Source: Guillardia theta CCMP2712
Lineage: Eukaryota > Protista > Cryptophyta
NCBI RefSeq assembly: GCF_000315625.1
Contig: NW_005434667.1
Span: forward strand, 859,061-923,060
DNA length: 64,000 nucleotides
Direction of reading: 5' to 3'
The notes beneath the pieces were generated by a model. That model was not told the DNA's origin and did not search any database. It saw only the letters and a list, made by a program, of their open reading frames with translations. This document shows positions 23,495 to 33,749 of this stretch, one piece after another. Both the position numbers and the translations under genes were made by a program. Position 1 is the first letter of the stretch. Each line of letters starts with the position of its first letter.

Positions 23495-25648
23495 TTATAC
23501 AAATTGAAACTTGCTGATCTCCATGATCAATATAGCATCTAAGAACTTGAATACGATCTCATCAACATCCTTGTAATGCTCTGATAATTCCATTACCTGG
23601 CCACAAGTGTGTGCAACCGGGATATGGCCACTGTTGTTCATTGCCCTGACTGAATATTCAGACAACTGGTCAATAAGGATATAGCCTGAACCGGTCCAGA
23701 ACTCAAGGATGGCCTTAACAAAGTCCTCGTGCTGTGGCAATCCTTCTAGAAGCTTTGTCTTTGCTGGATCATTGTCTAACCTGATCCATTGTGCAAGCAG
23801 CCTCTTGTATACACGATTGGGCATAGATAACACCCTGTCGAATAGCTCCTTTATACCAGGTGAGACCATAACTACATTCTTATGGTCATAATACACTATC
23901 TTGGGTATCAAGATGCTTTTCACATTCCTCTTCACGCTCTCAACACGGGCCAGAACTCTTGCGAGACCGCTTATACCAATTTGCTTTTCAATAAAAAAGT
24001 TGCGTTTTGATATCCTCATACCACACAATATGTTCTTGTACATCTTGTTGATGTTGCTCTGCTTTGTGTAGGGGTCATACTCATAGATATCTATCATGCT
24101 CTCATCCACTATCTTCTTGATGCTAGTCCTCTCTCTATCAATGAGCCTCTTTATGTCCTTGTTGATGCCGAACTCCAGCAGGTAGAACATTAGGATGTCG
24201 TGGTACGACAGCGTTGTCTTCTTGTGGTCTTTCATCCACGATTCCGAGCTGTTAGAGAGCTCGAAGTGTTTTATGTATCTCTCTATATCATTGTAATCCT
24301 CAAGATAGCCATCCATGTTGTGCCTTGTTCTGGGCTTGATAGGCTTGTATATAAGGCCCGCTACATCCATGAGAGAGAGCCTTATATTTATGCCATTATT
24401 GTTGCGCAGGAGGAAAATAAGAATGGCACCAACAAATTTGTAATCATCATCAGCAAGGTCCCTCTTGAAGATGTATATGTTATTTCTATTGGACAACCTC
24501 TTGAGATACTTGGCCACGAATTGTTTGGATAATGATGTAAGGAACTGCCGAGTGAGCCCACCAGCGTCAACAGAGGTGTTGTGTCTTACACGTGCAATAT
24601 CAAAGTATATATCTTCTGGATTTCTTCTGAATAATCCCTCCATGTATTCAAGCTCGTTCATATCAGGGTCACGAATGTTTATGGTATTCGAATAGAAAAC
24701 CTTCCTGTTGAACATCTTAGTTATTGTATCATTGATTGGTTGAGACTCGTTTGTGAGATATGGGCATATGCTCTGCAACAATTGCTGCAAGGATTTGTTG
24801 TCGATGTGCCTCAATGCGTTAGAACACTTAGAGTTATTAAGGGGTGTGGGCTGCCTATCTCTGATGCTGCTGGATTTTGAGGATGGTGAGTTATTCGTGG
24901 AATTTCCCTTCGGAAAGAAATATGTTGTTATTGATCTTGCGTCCATTCTCTCTAACATTCTCTTGAGCTCTTGAAGGTCTTGGTTGGGGTCTGATGGCAT
25001 GAAGTTATCTTTCACATAACTCAGATCACCTTCTGACAGCCCACTATATAAGCTGTCAAAAGCACCCTCATACTTTATACGGAAAACTTCAGCAACATCT
25101 CTTATCTGATCATATTCTTCTTCTATTGAATCCGAGATCGGTGGATTGAATAGATTGTTCAACTTGTTCCAGAACCAAAAATTGCGAAGATTGAGTGGTG
25201 AATGTCTAATCTCAAAGAAATTGAAGACGATGTCATTCAACATGTCGTTGTCCTTGTCTGTATAATTCGGGATGCTTGGCAATCTCTGATATGCAATATG
25301 AGCCATGCTGGATATGAACCTGAAGATCTCATCATCCTTTTCCAACAAAAGCCGACGGTCTTCTACATTATCCACATTATTCAGAAAGTCTAAGAACTCA
25401 CGTATCTTAGGACCAATCTGATGATGATGGATATATACATAGCCAACCGCCATAAGGACAGTTCTATCATATCTTAGAATGTGACGGATAGTATCAGTAG
25501 AGATTTTTGCGAAACCTGCTAGAGGTCTTAGGTCAACATACTCCTCCTCATCACTTGATCCACTGGAACGATCTGTTCGGATATATCGCCTAGGCACATT
25601 CTGCATCAAGGAATTGTACTCATCCGCACTGATAGATCTGATGGACAT
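23495..25648 (-). CDS. HECT-domain E3 ubiquitin ligase
   Basis: VDAGGLTRQFL (HECT N-lobe), YKFVGAIL, ILEFWTGS, IPVAHTCGQVMEL (catalytic Cys motif) and a C-terminal Phe (FQFV). Confidence 0.85.
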   Translation of the reverse strand: MSIRSISADEYNSLMQNVPRRYIRTDRSSGSSDEEEYVDLRPLAGFAKISTDTIRHILRYDRTVLMAVGYVYIHHHQIGPKIREFLDFLNNVDNVEDRRLLLEKDDEIFRFISSMAHIAYQRLPSIPNYTDKDNDMLNDIVFNFFEIRHSPLNLRNFWFWNKLNNLFNPPISDSIEEEYDQIRDVAEVFRIKYEGAFDSLYSGLSEGDLSYVKDNFMPSDPNQDLQELKRMLERMDARSITTYFFPKGNSTNNSPSSKSSSIRDRQPTPLNNSKCSNALRHIDNKSLQQLLQSICPYLTNESQPINDTITKMFNRKVFYSNTINIRDPDMNELEYMEGLFRRNPEDIYFDIARVRHNTSVDAGGLTRQFLTSLSKQFVAKYLKRLSNRNNIYIFKRDLADDDYKFVGAILIFLLRNNNGINIRLSLMDVAGLIYKPIKPRTRHNMDGYLEDYNDIERYIKHFELSNSSESWMKDHKKTTLSYHDILMFYLLEFGINKDIKRLIDRERTSIKKIVDESMIDIYEYDPYTKQSNINKMYKNILCGMRISKRNFFIEKQIGISGLARVLARVESVKRNVKSILIPKIVYYDHKNVVMVSPGIKELFDRVLSMPNRVYKRLLAQWIRLDNDPAKTKLLEGLPQHEDFVKAILEFWTGSGYILIDQLSEYSVRAMNNSGHIPVAHTCGQVMELSEHYKDVDEIVFKFLDAILIMEISKFQFV

Positions 25649-25797
25649 TTATTTATTATATATACATTGTTATCAGAAAATCAGAATTCTTATAGCAAAC
25701 TTTTTGAGCTACCATAATCATTATTTAAAGTGTCTTTGTTTTTTGAGAAAGCTAATGATGGAGGTTCAATTTGTACAAACTTATCAAGAAATGATGT

Positions 25798-25806
25798 AAA
25801 AAATGA
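25798..25806 (+). promoter_or_regulatory. AAAATGA viral-type promoter motif (representative copy; others at 28591, 29291, 30485, 31175, 32524 on + and 23452, 19720 on -)
   Basis: Recurs 29-41 nt upstream of eight start codons in the island. Confidence 0.7.
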
Positions 25807-25838
25807 TACCACCTATCTTCAAGTGAATAAGTACAACA

Positions 25839-26834
25839 ATGGAAGATTATAAGCTCTTGCCATGGATCAATGTTGATGACCTGTATCTGGATTTTCTTAT
25901 AAACAATCCACACCCAACTGCTCTTAAGATTATACGCGACAAGCATCTTGGTAAAATATTGCATGAAATGAAAAAGAATCCATCAAATGATGATTATGAT
26001 CTCTTTTGGAATTATATCTCAAAGAATGAGAATGCCTTGGACATCATTGAGAAAAATATTCAACATGTCAATTGGAAATTGCTATCTACAAATCGTGCTG
26101 CCTTTGACATATTGAAGAAGAATCCTACGAAGATAGATCATGAATATCTTTTGAGAAATCCACACCCTGATGTCATTAAGATCATCAATCTTCAAGAGTG
26201 CAAGTGTCATGATAGCACAAATCTGAGCAAATTCCTGAATAATCATGCCAATTCAGATGTCCATAATAAATTCATTGAAGACAACATAGACATCATTCTC
26301 AAGAATATACGCATTGACAGTTATTTCTGGTATGATTGTCGGAACAAGCATGCCCTTGATCTCTTTCAAAAAAGATGCAATAAAATAGATTGGTCTAAAT
26401 TATCTCTGAATCCAATTGCAATTGACATCTTGAAGAAGAATCTTGACAAGGTAGATTGGAACAATCTCAGCAGGAATGATGGTGCATATGATATCATTAT
26501 GGAAAACAAACAAAAGATCAAATGGAAATATGTGTTCTATAACAACAACATCAAGCTCAAGGATTTCTTGCTCGAAAACAAAAAGAAGCTAGATACTGAC
26601 ACTAGATTCAACATGTTGATTTTCGAGCATGACACTTGGAAACTAGATCTGATCACTGAAAGACAGTTCATGAACAGTGTCAAGAACATATGTTACATTG
26701 GAGATGCAATGAGGGATTATTTTGCAACAGCCACGACAAAAGAACTCAACCTTCTAAACAACAAAAAATGGTTCCAAGGGTATGAAAGTTGCATGGCATA
26801 TATGAGTGCAAATCCTAATATCTTTCAGGATTAG
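25839..26834 (+). CDS. (I/V)DWxxLSxN repeat protein
   Basis: YKLLPWINVDDL N-terminus; VNWKLLSTN, IDWSKLSLNP, VDWNNLSRN; C-terminal NPNIF. Confidence 0.82.
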   Translation: MEDYKLLPWINVDDLYLDFLINNPHPTALKIIRDKHLGKILHEMKKNPSNDDYDLFWNYISKNENALDIIEKNIQHVNWKLLSTNRAAFDILKKNPTKIDHEYLLRNPHPDVIKIINLQECKCHDSTNLSKFLNNHANSDVHNKFIEDNIDIILKNIRIDSYFWYDCRNKHALDLFQKRCNKIDWSKLSLNPIAIDILKKNLDKVDWNNLSRNDGAYDIIMENKQKIKWKYVFYNNNIKLKDFLLENKKKLDTDTRFNMLIFEHDTWKLDLITERQFMNSVKNICYIGDAMRDYFATATTKELNLLNNKKWFQGYESCMAYMSANPNIFQD

Positions 26835-26914
26835 GCCTGCCATAGGAAAACTTCCCTACACATAATAAAACATTTACAATTTTTATTTCATGCCAAGAAG
26901 TGTTATTTTTATGT

Positions 26915-28483
26915 TTAAGGCACAAATATTGCCGGGTTCTGCAATAGCCTATCCCAATCAACCATATACACCCTCTCTCCATTTCTATAGAAGAATTGGT
27001 GATGTTGCAATTCATCTATTATCCTCTCTGATGGATTTTCACACAGACCTTTCACAAACCTTATCTTTTCATCAGTATTTTCTTTATAATGAGTCTTCAA
27101 TCTATCCAATAACATATCTACAGCTATCCAGTGTGGATTCTTTATGATAAAGAACAATGGTTCTTTCTCATAACTGTAGGTGTATCTCTTGATCATATAA
27201 ATATTATCCTTAAAGAATTTCATCGCGGTCTCATTGTTCAATTTACCAAGGTGATGTAAGAATGACATATTATCACTATTATTCTTCTGCATATTCTTAT
27301 CAATCATATATTTTATTTTATGATTATCATTATACATCTTGATCAATAGTTGTGTAGCCTTCTCATTCTTATTCTTGCACAAATATATTAATTGCATCTC
27401 TTCATCTATCTCTGGAAACAATCCGAATGCCTCTATATTTGGGTTCATAAAGATCGTATATTTAGTATTATGTCTATGCTTTTTCATTAACTGGATTGCT
27501 ATCTCACTTGGATTTGCACAGAGTCTATACCAATCTATATCATACTCATTCCCATTCACCAGCAACAATCTAAGAAGCTCCTCATGTGGGCTTGATGAGA
27601 TAGCTTTTACATTCAGATTTGCCTTGATTTCATCAATCCTGTGTATGATCTTCACTATATTTGGATTAGGATTATTGAATATTTTGAGATCAATCCGGGT
27701 TTGGTTATCATATCCAATGTTCTTGTATCTGACCTTATCCTTATCATAACAGGTATTCAGTTCTCTAATGTGCTTGTTCAAGAATTTCAATGCAGCAGGA
27801 TTTGGATTGCCGCAAAGATTGATCAAAGTATCTTCTTGTGAAGTAAGTTGTGAATGCCAATATTTCTCTATCAGCTTTATTGCTTTTGAATTATTATGCT
27901 TTGCCAACATTTCAAAATCAAGAGTATCTATTGAGAGCAGGTTCTTCTTTATCAAGCAATGCAGATACTCAATTGCACCAGTGCTGCTATTATTACAAAG
28001 GATTTTGTACTTGTTTTGATCATTGTTGTTGAATATGACATCCTTATCGATCCAATCACGCAATTTATATGAATATACATCCTCAATCTTAGCAAATATC
28101 AATTCTTGTACGTCGTCCGGAAGATGGATAAACCTCGGTGATGCTCTGCTTGCTGAAGGCAACTTAGATGATGTATCCTGCTTGCTTTGCAATTTCTCCA
28201 TTGACATAATCTCAAGCCTGCTCTTCATCTGCCTCAATATCTTTTGGAGTTTTGGTTCTGTTGTATTGAATTTTTTTGCATATGATTGCAATTCTTTCTC
28301 ATCTGCTAAGATCCTTTCTATTTTTCTAAGGTTTGAATTCTTGACAAATCTGTAAAAACTGTTGCTTGGATAGATGTCTGATATATCATATCTCATAAGG
28401 GTCAGTTCTGCCCCTCGTTTGAATGGCGCATCAAAATCAGATATTGCAGATATAGATGATGTCTTGCTTGCTGATGGCAACAT
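26915..28483 (-). CDS. F-box-like plus DWxxLxxNP repeat protein (probable start MLPSAS)
   Basis: FIHLPDDVQELIFAKI (F-box-like), YKLRDWIDKD, IDWYRLCANP, VDWDRLLQNPAIF. Confidence 0.8.
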   Translation of the reverse strand: MLPSASKTSSISAISDFDAPFKRGAELTLMRYDISDIYPSNSFYRFVKNSNLRKIERILADEKELQSYAKKFNTTEPKLQKILRQMKSRLEIMSMEKLQSKQDTSSKLPSASRASPRFIHLPDDVQELIFAKIEDVYSYKLRDWIDKDVIFNNNDQNKYKILCNNSSTGAIEYLHCLIKKNLLSIDTLDFEMLAKHNNSKAIKLIEKYWHSQLTSQEDTLINLCGNPNPAALKFLNKHIRELNTCYDKDKVRYKNIGYDNQTRIDLKIFNNPNPNIVKIIHRIDEIKANLNVKAISSSPHEELLRLLLVNGNEYDIDWYRLCANPSEIAIQLMKKHRHNTKYTIFMNPNIEAFGLFPEIDEEMQLIYLCKNKNEKATQLLIKMYNDNHKIKYMIDKNMQKNNSDNMSFLHHLGKLNNETAMKFFKDNIYMIKRYTYSYEKEPLFFIIKNPHWIAVDMLLDRLKTHYKENTDEKIRFVKGLCENPSERIIDELQHHQFFYRNGERVYMVDWDRLLQNPAIFVP

Positions 28484-28627
28484 TTTTACTTTAATACCAT
28501 AAAATATATACCCTCTAGATGGAAAAGATCTGACTTTATTTGTAAGAACACTAATCCTACTTTTTGTATGAATAATATACATCTAATATCAAAAATGAAG
28601 CCAGCACATCAGTATGGTCATCAAGGC

Positions 28628-29143
28628 ATGGATCCCTTCACAGAAAAGTTCAAGAGCATCAAGCTTCATGAAACTCCCCTTGTTATTGTTGAAGATGTCA
28701 TCTTCGAGCAGTATAAGAATATCTGTAAAAAAAACATCAATCAATTCAGAATGAATCATTTCATGTGTTCTATGTGTGCTCAATGGTGCTGCAAAGCAGG
28801 TTGCAGGAATGATGAAGAACACAGACGCAAACACTATGGTTCTTTCTGTTGGGATTATACTGACCGTTTCAATGTATTGCAGATGTGTTATGAATGCAGA
28901 CATACTTATGTTGTTCTGAGGTGTGAGCATTGTGAATATAAATACGATTATAATGACATTGCCAATATTGGTTTTGTGCGATCTAAAGATGGTTTCACAG
29001 ATATCATAGCACACTGCCATGAGTGTTACAATGAACGCATAGACTTCAAATGCCCCTGTGGTCGTATATATAAGCTGTGTGATGGATATGACTACATGTA
29101 TTGCTCAAGGAGTTGTGATCGACACTTTGATGAAGGTTGGTGA
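28628..29143 (+). CDS. Cys-rich putative zinc-binding protein (paralog of 32569-32973)
   Basis: MDPF start, shared with the paralog and preceded by AAAAATGA. Multiple CxxC motifs and CPCG...CSxxC. Confidence 0.75.
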   Translation: MDPFTEKFKSIKLHETPLVIVEDVIFEQYKNICKKNINQFRMNHFMCSMCAQWCCKAGCRNDEEHRRKHYGSFCWDYTDRFNVLQMCYECRHTYVVLRCEHCEYKYDYNDIANIGFVRSKDGFTDIIAHCHECYNERIDFKCPCGRIYKLCDGYDYMYCSRSCDRHFDEGW

Positions 29144-29329
29144 ATGATCAAAAATACTATAAAAACACTTTTTGTGTTTTTAGATTTGTTTCAAAAATGC
29201 TGTGAAAAAATAAATAATATCATATATTTTTGACGACAAAACCTTATAAAAAACTACTTACTCTGTATATATTTTTCCATTATCCATCTCAAAAATGAAC
29301 AAGAATTATAAACAGAGCAATACAGTCCA

Positions 29330-30262
29330 ATGTACTCACTGAACTACATCTTGAAACTTGCTCTTAGATTGAGCAAGATCATCATTGCCGATGATTCTGA
29401 TGAACAAGAATTGCTTATCGAGAAACTTGAAAATGCACTCTCCAATAAACATAATATCTTGAATGTGCATAAGCAAGTGACAAAGGACAATCGATTGTAC
29501 GATCTGAGGGATTTGAAGGAAATATTGCGTAAATGCAACAACATTCTCAAGATAAAAAATTGTGCAAATAAACTGAAAGAAAGAATAATACAGAACCCAT
29601 TGTTCTCATTCTTGGATGATTCAAAGATCAATGATAAATGCAAGACCTTGTTCTCAAATATAGAACTCATAGCCAAAGAGTTCTATACATATCAAGAGCT
29701 CATAATTTCATTATCAAAATGCATAATTCTAATGTCAAATAGATTGAATGACATGCCATATGAGGGTAAAAATAGAACACTATTGACAGAATTTATGGAA
29801 CCGATTGCAGATGCGTATCATATGTTGAACCTCTGCATCAATTCAATGAATATCAAACAGATCAACTTCAATATGTATGAATACAAACGCTTTGTGTTTC
29901 ATGCCGCAAATGCATTTGATTGTTATCATTATCTTGATGATTATGCAGAATACAATGAAACAGTCAAAAAGAATAAGAATCAAGCAACATTTGTAAAGAT
30001 TTACTTTGAAGTTCCAGATATATCAAATATCTCTGAATTGCAACTATTTAAAACAATATCAAAAACTGTTAAAAATTATGATTATGACTATGACTATGAT
30101 CCTGATTATAATTCTGATGAGGATGGTAACAATGAGGATGGAGATGATGAGGAGGATGAGGATGGGTATGGGGATGGAGATGTGGATGATGATATTGAAT
30201 ATACAAGTGAAATTGAATCTGATGATGTTAGAGGCAGTGATGATGAAGAGATAGATGCATAA
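29330..30262 (+). CDS. Hypothetical protein with acidic C-terminal tail
   Basis: 310-aa ORF with upstream AAAAATGA. Confidence 0.75.
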   Translation: MYSLNYILKLALRLSKIIIADDSDEQELLIEKLENALSNKHNILNVHKQVTKDNRLYDLRDLKEILRKCNNILKIKNCANKLKERIIQNPLFSFLDDSKINDKCKTLFSNIELIAKEFYTYQELIISLSKCIILMSNRLNDMPYEGKNRTLLTEFMEPIADAYHMLNLCINSMNIKQINFNMYEYKRFVFHAANAFDCYHYLDDYAEYNETVKKNKNQATFVKIYFEVPDISNISELQLFKTISKTVKNYDYDYDYDPDYNSDEDGNNEDGDDEEDEDGYGDGDVDDDIEYTSEIESDDVRGSDDEEIDA

Positions 30263-30525
30263 GATTCTTGTAAGATAATAAATCTAAATATACAGTGATT
30301 TTTATCAAGTCAAAATATCTATTTACCAAAAGATATATTGATAAGGCAGGCTGTTGCCTATGATAAAGGTCTTAGCCATCTCTTTGATTATGACTCTCTA
30401 AGTAGATTTGATTATACCACGACAACAATATAAAGAATTTTTTACTATTGATCTGATTATATATAGTAATGTTGATAATATCTCAAAAAATGATGCTCTA
30501 TAAGTCAAGAGCGATCAACTAAAAG

Positions 30526-31110
30526 ATGACCATTGCACAATACAAGCCTTATGACAGGGCATTCTGTCGCATATTCAATGAGAGCATGAAAATAGATGAT
30601 GGATGGTACTACCTCTATGGACCAGACCGCAACAATGTGTACAAGTACAACCAACGAAATGGTCAATGCACTGTAGCATTTCCAATGGACGACAAGCGAA
30701 TGGGATTGTCTTATGATCTATACTACAAGCATTACTTTGATGCATATGAAGATAACAAGGATAAACCAGATGCACACACCAAACTAACTACACAGGGCAT
30801 CCCTTATCTGGATTATTGCGATCCAAAGGCATTGCCATTCTGGGATTCACTCGTGCGCGGTGGCAAGAGCCAATGGTATGTGCATGCTGACTTTCCCAAT
30901 AGGATATTCTTCAAATCATGGGGTGAATACTGCACCCCGGAAGATGTTACTGCAAGAAGCATGGGCTATATTGAGAAATACAAGGATTTCTGGCCAGATG
31001 AGCCAATTGTCACATCTGCTAAGCGCAAGATGGATGATGATGACATCGTAGTCATCAAGAAATGCATCAAACTACTAAATGATATCATAGCAACCTCTAC
31101 ACCATCCTAA
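30526..31110 (+). CDS. Hypothetical protein (194 aa)
   Basis: ORF with upstream AAAAAATGA. Confidence 0.72.
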   Translation: MTIAQYKPYDRAFCRIFNESMKIDDGWYYLYGPDRNNVYKYNQRNGQCTVAFPMDDKRMGLSYDLYYKHYFDAYEDNKDKPDAHTKLTTQGIPYLDYCDPKALPFWDSLVRGGKSQWYVHADFPNRIFFKSWGEYCTPEDVTARSMGYIEKYKDFWPDEPIVTSAKRKMDDDDIVVIKKCIKLLNDIIATSTPS

Positions 31111-31216
31111 ATCTCTAAGCCACACATATATTCAATCTTTTTTATTTGTTGCGATATTTGTGCTTATGCCATTCAAAATGATAATATGTTGTATAACATT
31201 TTGAACAAGAACAAAA

Positions 31217-32338
31217 ATGCCGCCACACATTACACAATTTTTCCAAAAACAATTCGAGGATCATTTCAAGGCCTTCCTCAAGCATGAGATGCGAATGCCT
31301 CTTGAGGATAACAACAATGATGTGACCATCTTCTGCCGGGATGCTGTGCTGTCACTTATTGAGAGGATTGTTGATGCTATATCGAGCATCTATGAGCAGC
31401 TCCCAAACCGCACTGCGGTCAAGGCATATCCCGATATGTTCCTAGCCATCCATATGGTGCTCAGCCGTGATCTTGCTACACATCTTACCAGCAGGATCGC
31501 CAATACACTCTCTGAGTGCAATCTGATAAATATCAAACGCTACAACTATGAAGAGATTGAGGTCTCATTCAGCGTGGATATGATAGAGGAAATTGTAAAG
31601 AACAGGACATCCTTGAAGACATCCATGGACCTATATGTTGCGCTGGATGCGTGCATATCTTACATGTTGGAAGAGATATTCAGCCAATTGAAGCAGAATG
31701 GAAAACAACCCATCACTCTATCTAATGTCAAGGAGACTATCATGAGGGATGAATCACTCAGGGCCGCATTCTTTGAGGATGTCCTAGGAAAGCCAAAGGA
31801 CTTCAAGATCAAATCCAAGGCATATGCCAATAAATCCGCACAGGGCATTACAAAGGCCACGTATGAGGTAATGCTCCAGAGATATCTAAATCAAGGCATC
31901 AAGGTATCCAAGGAGGCATATGCTAGCATCACAGGGCATCTTATGACATATATGGATATGCTGATGCGCGCTGTGCTGGACATCAGGAGGAACAGCATCA
32001 CATTGAAGGATTGCCTAGAATCTTTGCACAGGCACAATCTTGCTCTAGCAATGGCCTTCAACTACATAACCGAATACCACAACAACAAGACAGCAAAAGA
32101 GATATTGGATGGATTTGAACCCAAGACCCCATGTGAGATTGTTGTAGGATGCATCAATGAGATCGTGTTGCAATACGCACCAAAGAAAAAACTGGATGAT
32201 GATTCAATGAGGTTGATGCATGCCGTGTTTGAGGCATATATTGCTAATATCCTTGTTGAATCCAGCATGTTAGTGACATTGCAAAAGAAGAAGACAATCA
32301 AGATTGAACACACAAACTATGTTGCAACAATGTTATGA
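31217..32338 (+). CDS. Putative fused histone quadruplet (H2B-H2A-H4-H3-like folds)
   Basis: aa ~13-98 H2B-like (LIERIVDAIS...NRTAV...LAIHMVLSRDLATH); ~115-186 H2A-like (SFSVDMI...VALDACISYMLEEIF...TIMRDESL); ~207-272 H4-like (AQGITKAT...KVSKEAY..ITGHL); ~305-372 H3-like (EIVLQY...MHAVFEAYIANIL...KKKTIK). Confidence 0.75.
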   Translation: MPPHITQFFQKQFEDHFKAFLKHEMRMPLEDNNNDVTIFCRDAVLSLIERIVDAISSIYEQLPNRTAVKAYPDMFLAIHMVLSRDLATHLTSRIANTLSECNLINIKRYNYEEIEVSFSVDMIEEIVKNRTSLKTSMDLYVALDACISYMLEEIFSQLKQNGKQPITLSNVKETIMRDESLRAAFFEDVLGKPKDFKIKSKAYANKSAQGITKATYEVMLQRYLNQGIKVSKEAYASITGHLMTYMDMLMRAVLDIRRNSITLKDCLESLHRHNLALAMAFNYITEYHNNKTAKEILDGFEPKTPCEIVVGCINEIVLQYAPKKKLDDDSMRLMHAVFEAYIANILVESSMLVTLQKKKTIKIEHTNYVATML

Positions 32339-32568
32339 ATGTGTAGCATCCTATAGTAAATGTCTAAACATATCTTATATATACATCTTTTACAAAGATT
32401 GATTATAAATAATCATAGATCACAAAAAAATGCAGTAAAACATAACTAAGTAACTACTCAACAATGTTTTTATTGCTTGTTAGATATCTCCAAACACATA
32501 GAAGTTAGATAGGTCCATGGCCTAAAAATGATATTGATCTATATAAGGAAATTGATATACTATATACA

Positions 32569-32973
32569 ATGGATCCATTTGTCCAAAAGTTCAATTCTAT
32601 AGAATTTGATAAGACCATCTTAGCACCTGTCAAAGACATAATATTTGAGAGATATCTCGACATATGTCATGATGATATAAAAGAGTTCAATGACAATAAC
32701 TTCTTATGCCAGATGTGTTGTGAATGGCTGCCAAAGTCAGAGAATGGAAGGATGGATATATGTCTTGTTTGCACTGAAAACTATGTGGTATGGAGGTGCA
32801 AAAACTGTGATCATGTATTTGAAGACTGTGTGATCATAGCAAAATCAAGGCATGAGGCATATTGTGGTTATTGTTATGAATATGAGATAGATCACACATG
32901 CCCCTGCGGAAAACTTTACAAGTTAAACAAGGGTCTGAATGACAGATTCTGTTCATCAATGTGCAGCATATAA
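32569..32973 (+). CDS. Cys-rich putative zinc-binding protein (paralog of 28628-29143)
   Basis: MDPFVQKFNSI..IIFERY..IC; CPCGKLYKL...FCSSMC. Confidence 0.75.
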   Translation: MDPFVQKFNSIEFDKTILAPVKDIIFERYLDICHDDIKEFNDNNFLCQMCCEWLPKSENGRMDICLVCTENYVVWRCKNCDHVFEDCVIIAKSRHEAYCGYCYEYEIDHTCPCGKLYKLNKGLNDRFCSSMCSI

Positions 32974-33050
32974 CATAAATATAACAAAGTTCTTCTGTTT
33001 ATATCCATTTTTATAATATGTGTGATGAATCCAAAGATTAATATTGTAAG

Positions 33051-33749
33051 ATGGCATTGAAAGATGCTCTTATCACGTCGAATAAGGAGGATTTTAGTGA
33101 GGGGATCTTTGGACAATTCTTGACATGGTTGCTTGAGATATTGAATCATATGGTAACATCTAATATAATTGATGATGAAACTAGGATATATTTTGATATT
33201 CACACATTGGAGTATGATAATATCATTCCTTTAATTATAGTTCCTCACAAGCATTATTTATTGCCAGCAACCGATATACATAGAATAGATGTGTCAAGCT
33301 ACAAGATAGCCAATGATTGTGAATTCCCTTTCTGTGAGGAAAGCTTCTATACAGCAAATCATATTTTTAATAAGTTCTTTGATTTCTCAGATTCTATTAA
33401 AACAAATATACCATCTATAGATCGCTCAACATCGGTTGGAATCCATTTTCGTGGATCGGATAAAAATTTTGATATAGGTCAGGCAAATCCTATATCAGAT
33501 GAAGAATTCATTCTAATTGTTCAAGATTTTCTTAACAAGAATAGTAAAATTAGATGCATATACTGTTGTAGTGATGAGCAACTGTTCATAAACAAGATGT
33601 TAGATCGATTTGGAGCATCCTATGATGTTTTGCAGTATCAGCAGAAACAAGCAAACAATACCAACAGAATGGGGTTCTTTAGATGTGCTAAATCACTCCC
33701 TAAAGAACAAAGGGATTCATACATATCTCAAACCACTCTTCCTCAGTAA
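33051..33749 (+). CDS. NodZ/GT23-type fucosyltransferase-like protein, probably 3'-truncated
   Basis: SVGIHFRGSDK (motif I) and IYCCSDE (motif II). Motif III is not visible, and the tail overlaps a convergent ORF. Confidence 0.65.
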   Translation: MALKDALITSNKEDFSEGIFGQFLTWLLEILNHMVTSNIIDDETRIYFDIHTLEYDNIIPLIIVPHKHYLLPATDIHRIDVSSYKIANDCEFPFCEESFYTANHIFNKFFDFSDSIKTNIPSIDRSTSVGIHFRGSDKNFDIGQANPISDEEFILIVQDFLNKNSKIRCIYCCSDEQLFINKMLDRFGASYDVLQYQQKQANNTNRMGFFRCAKSLPKEQRDSYISQTTLPQ

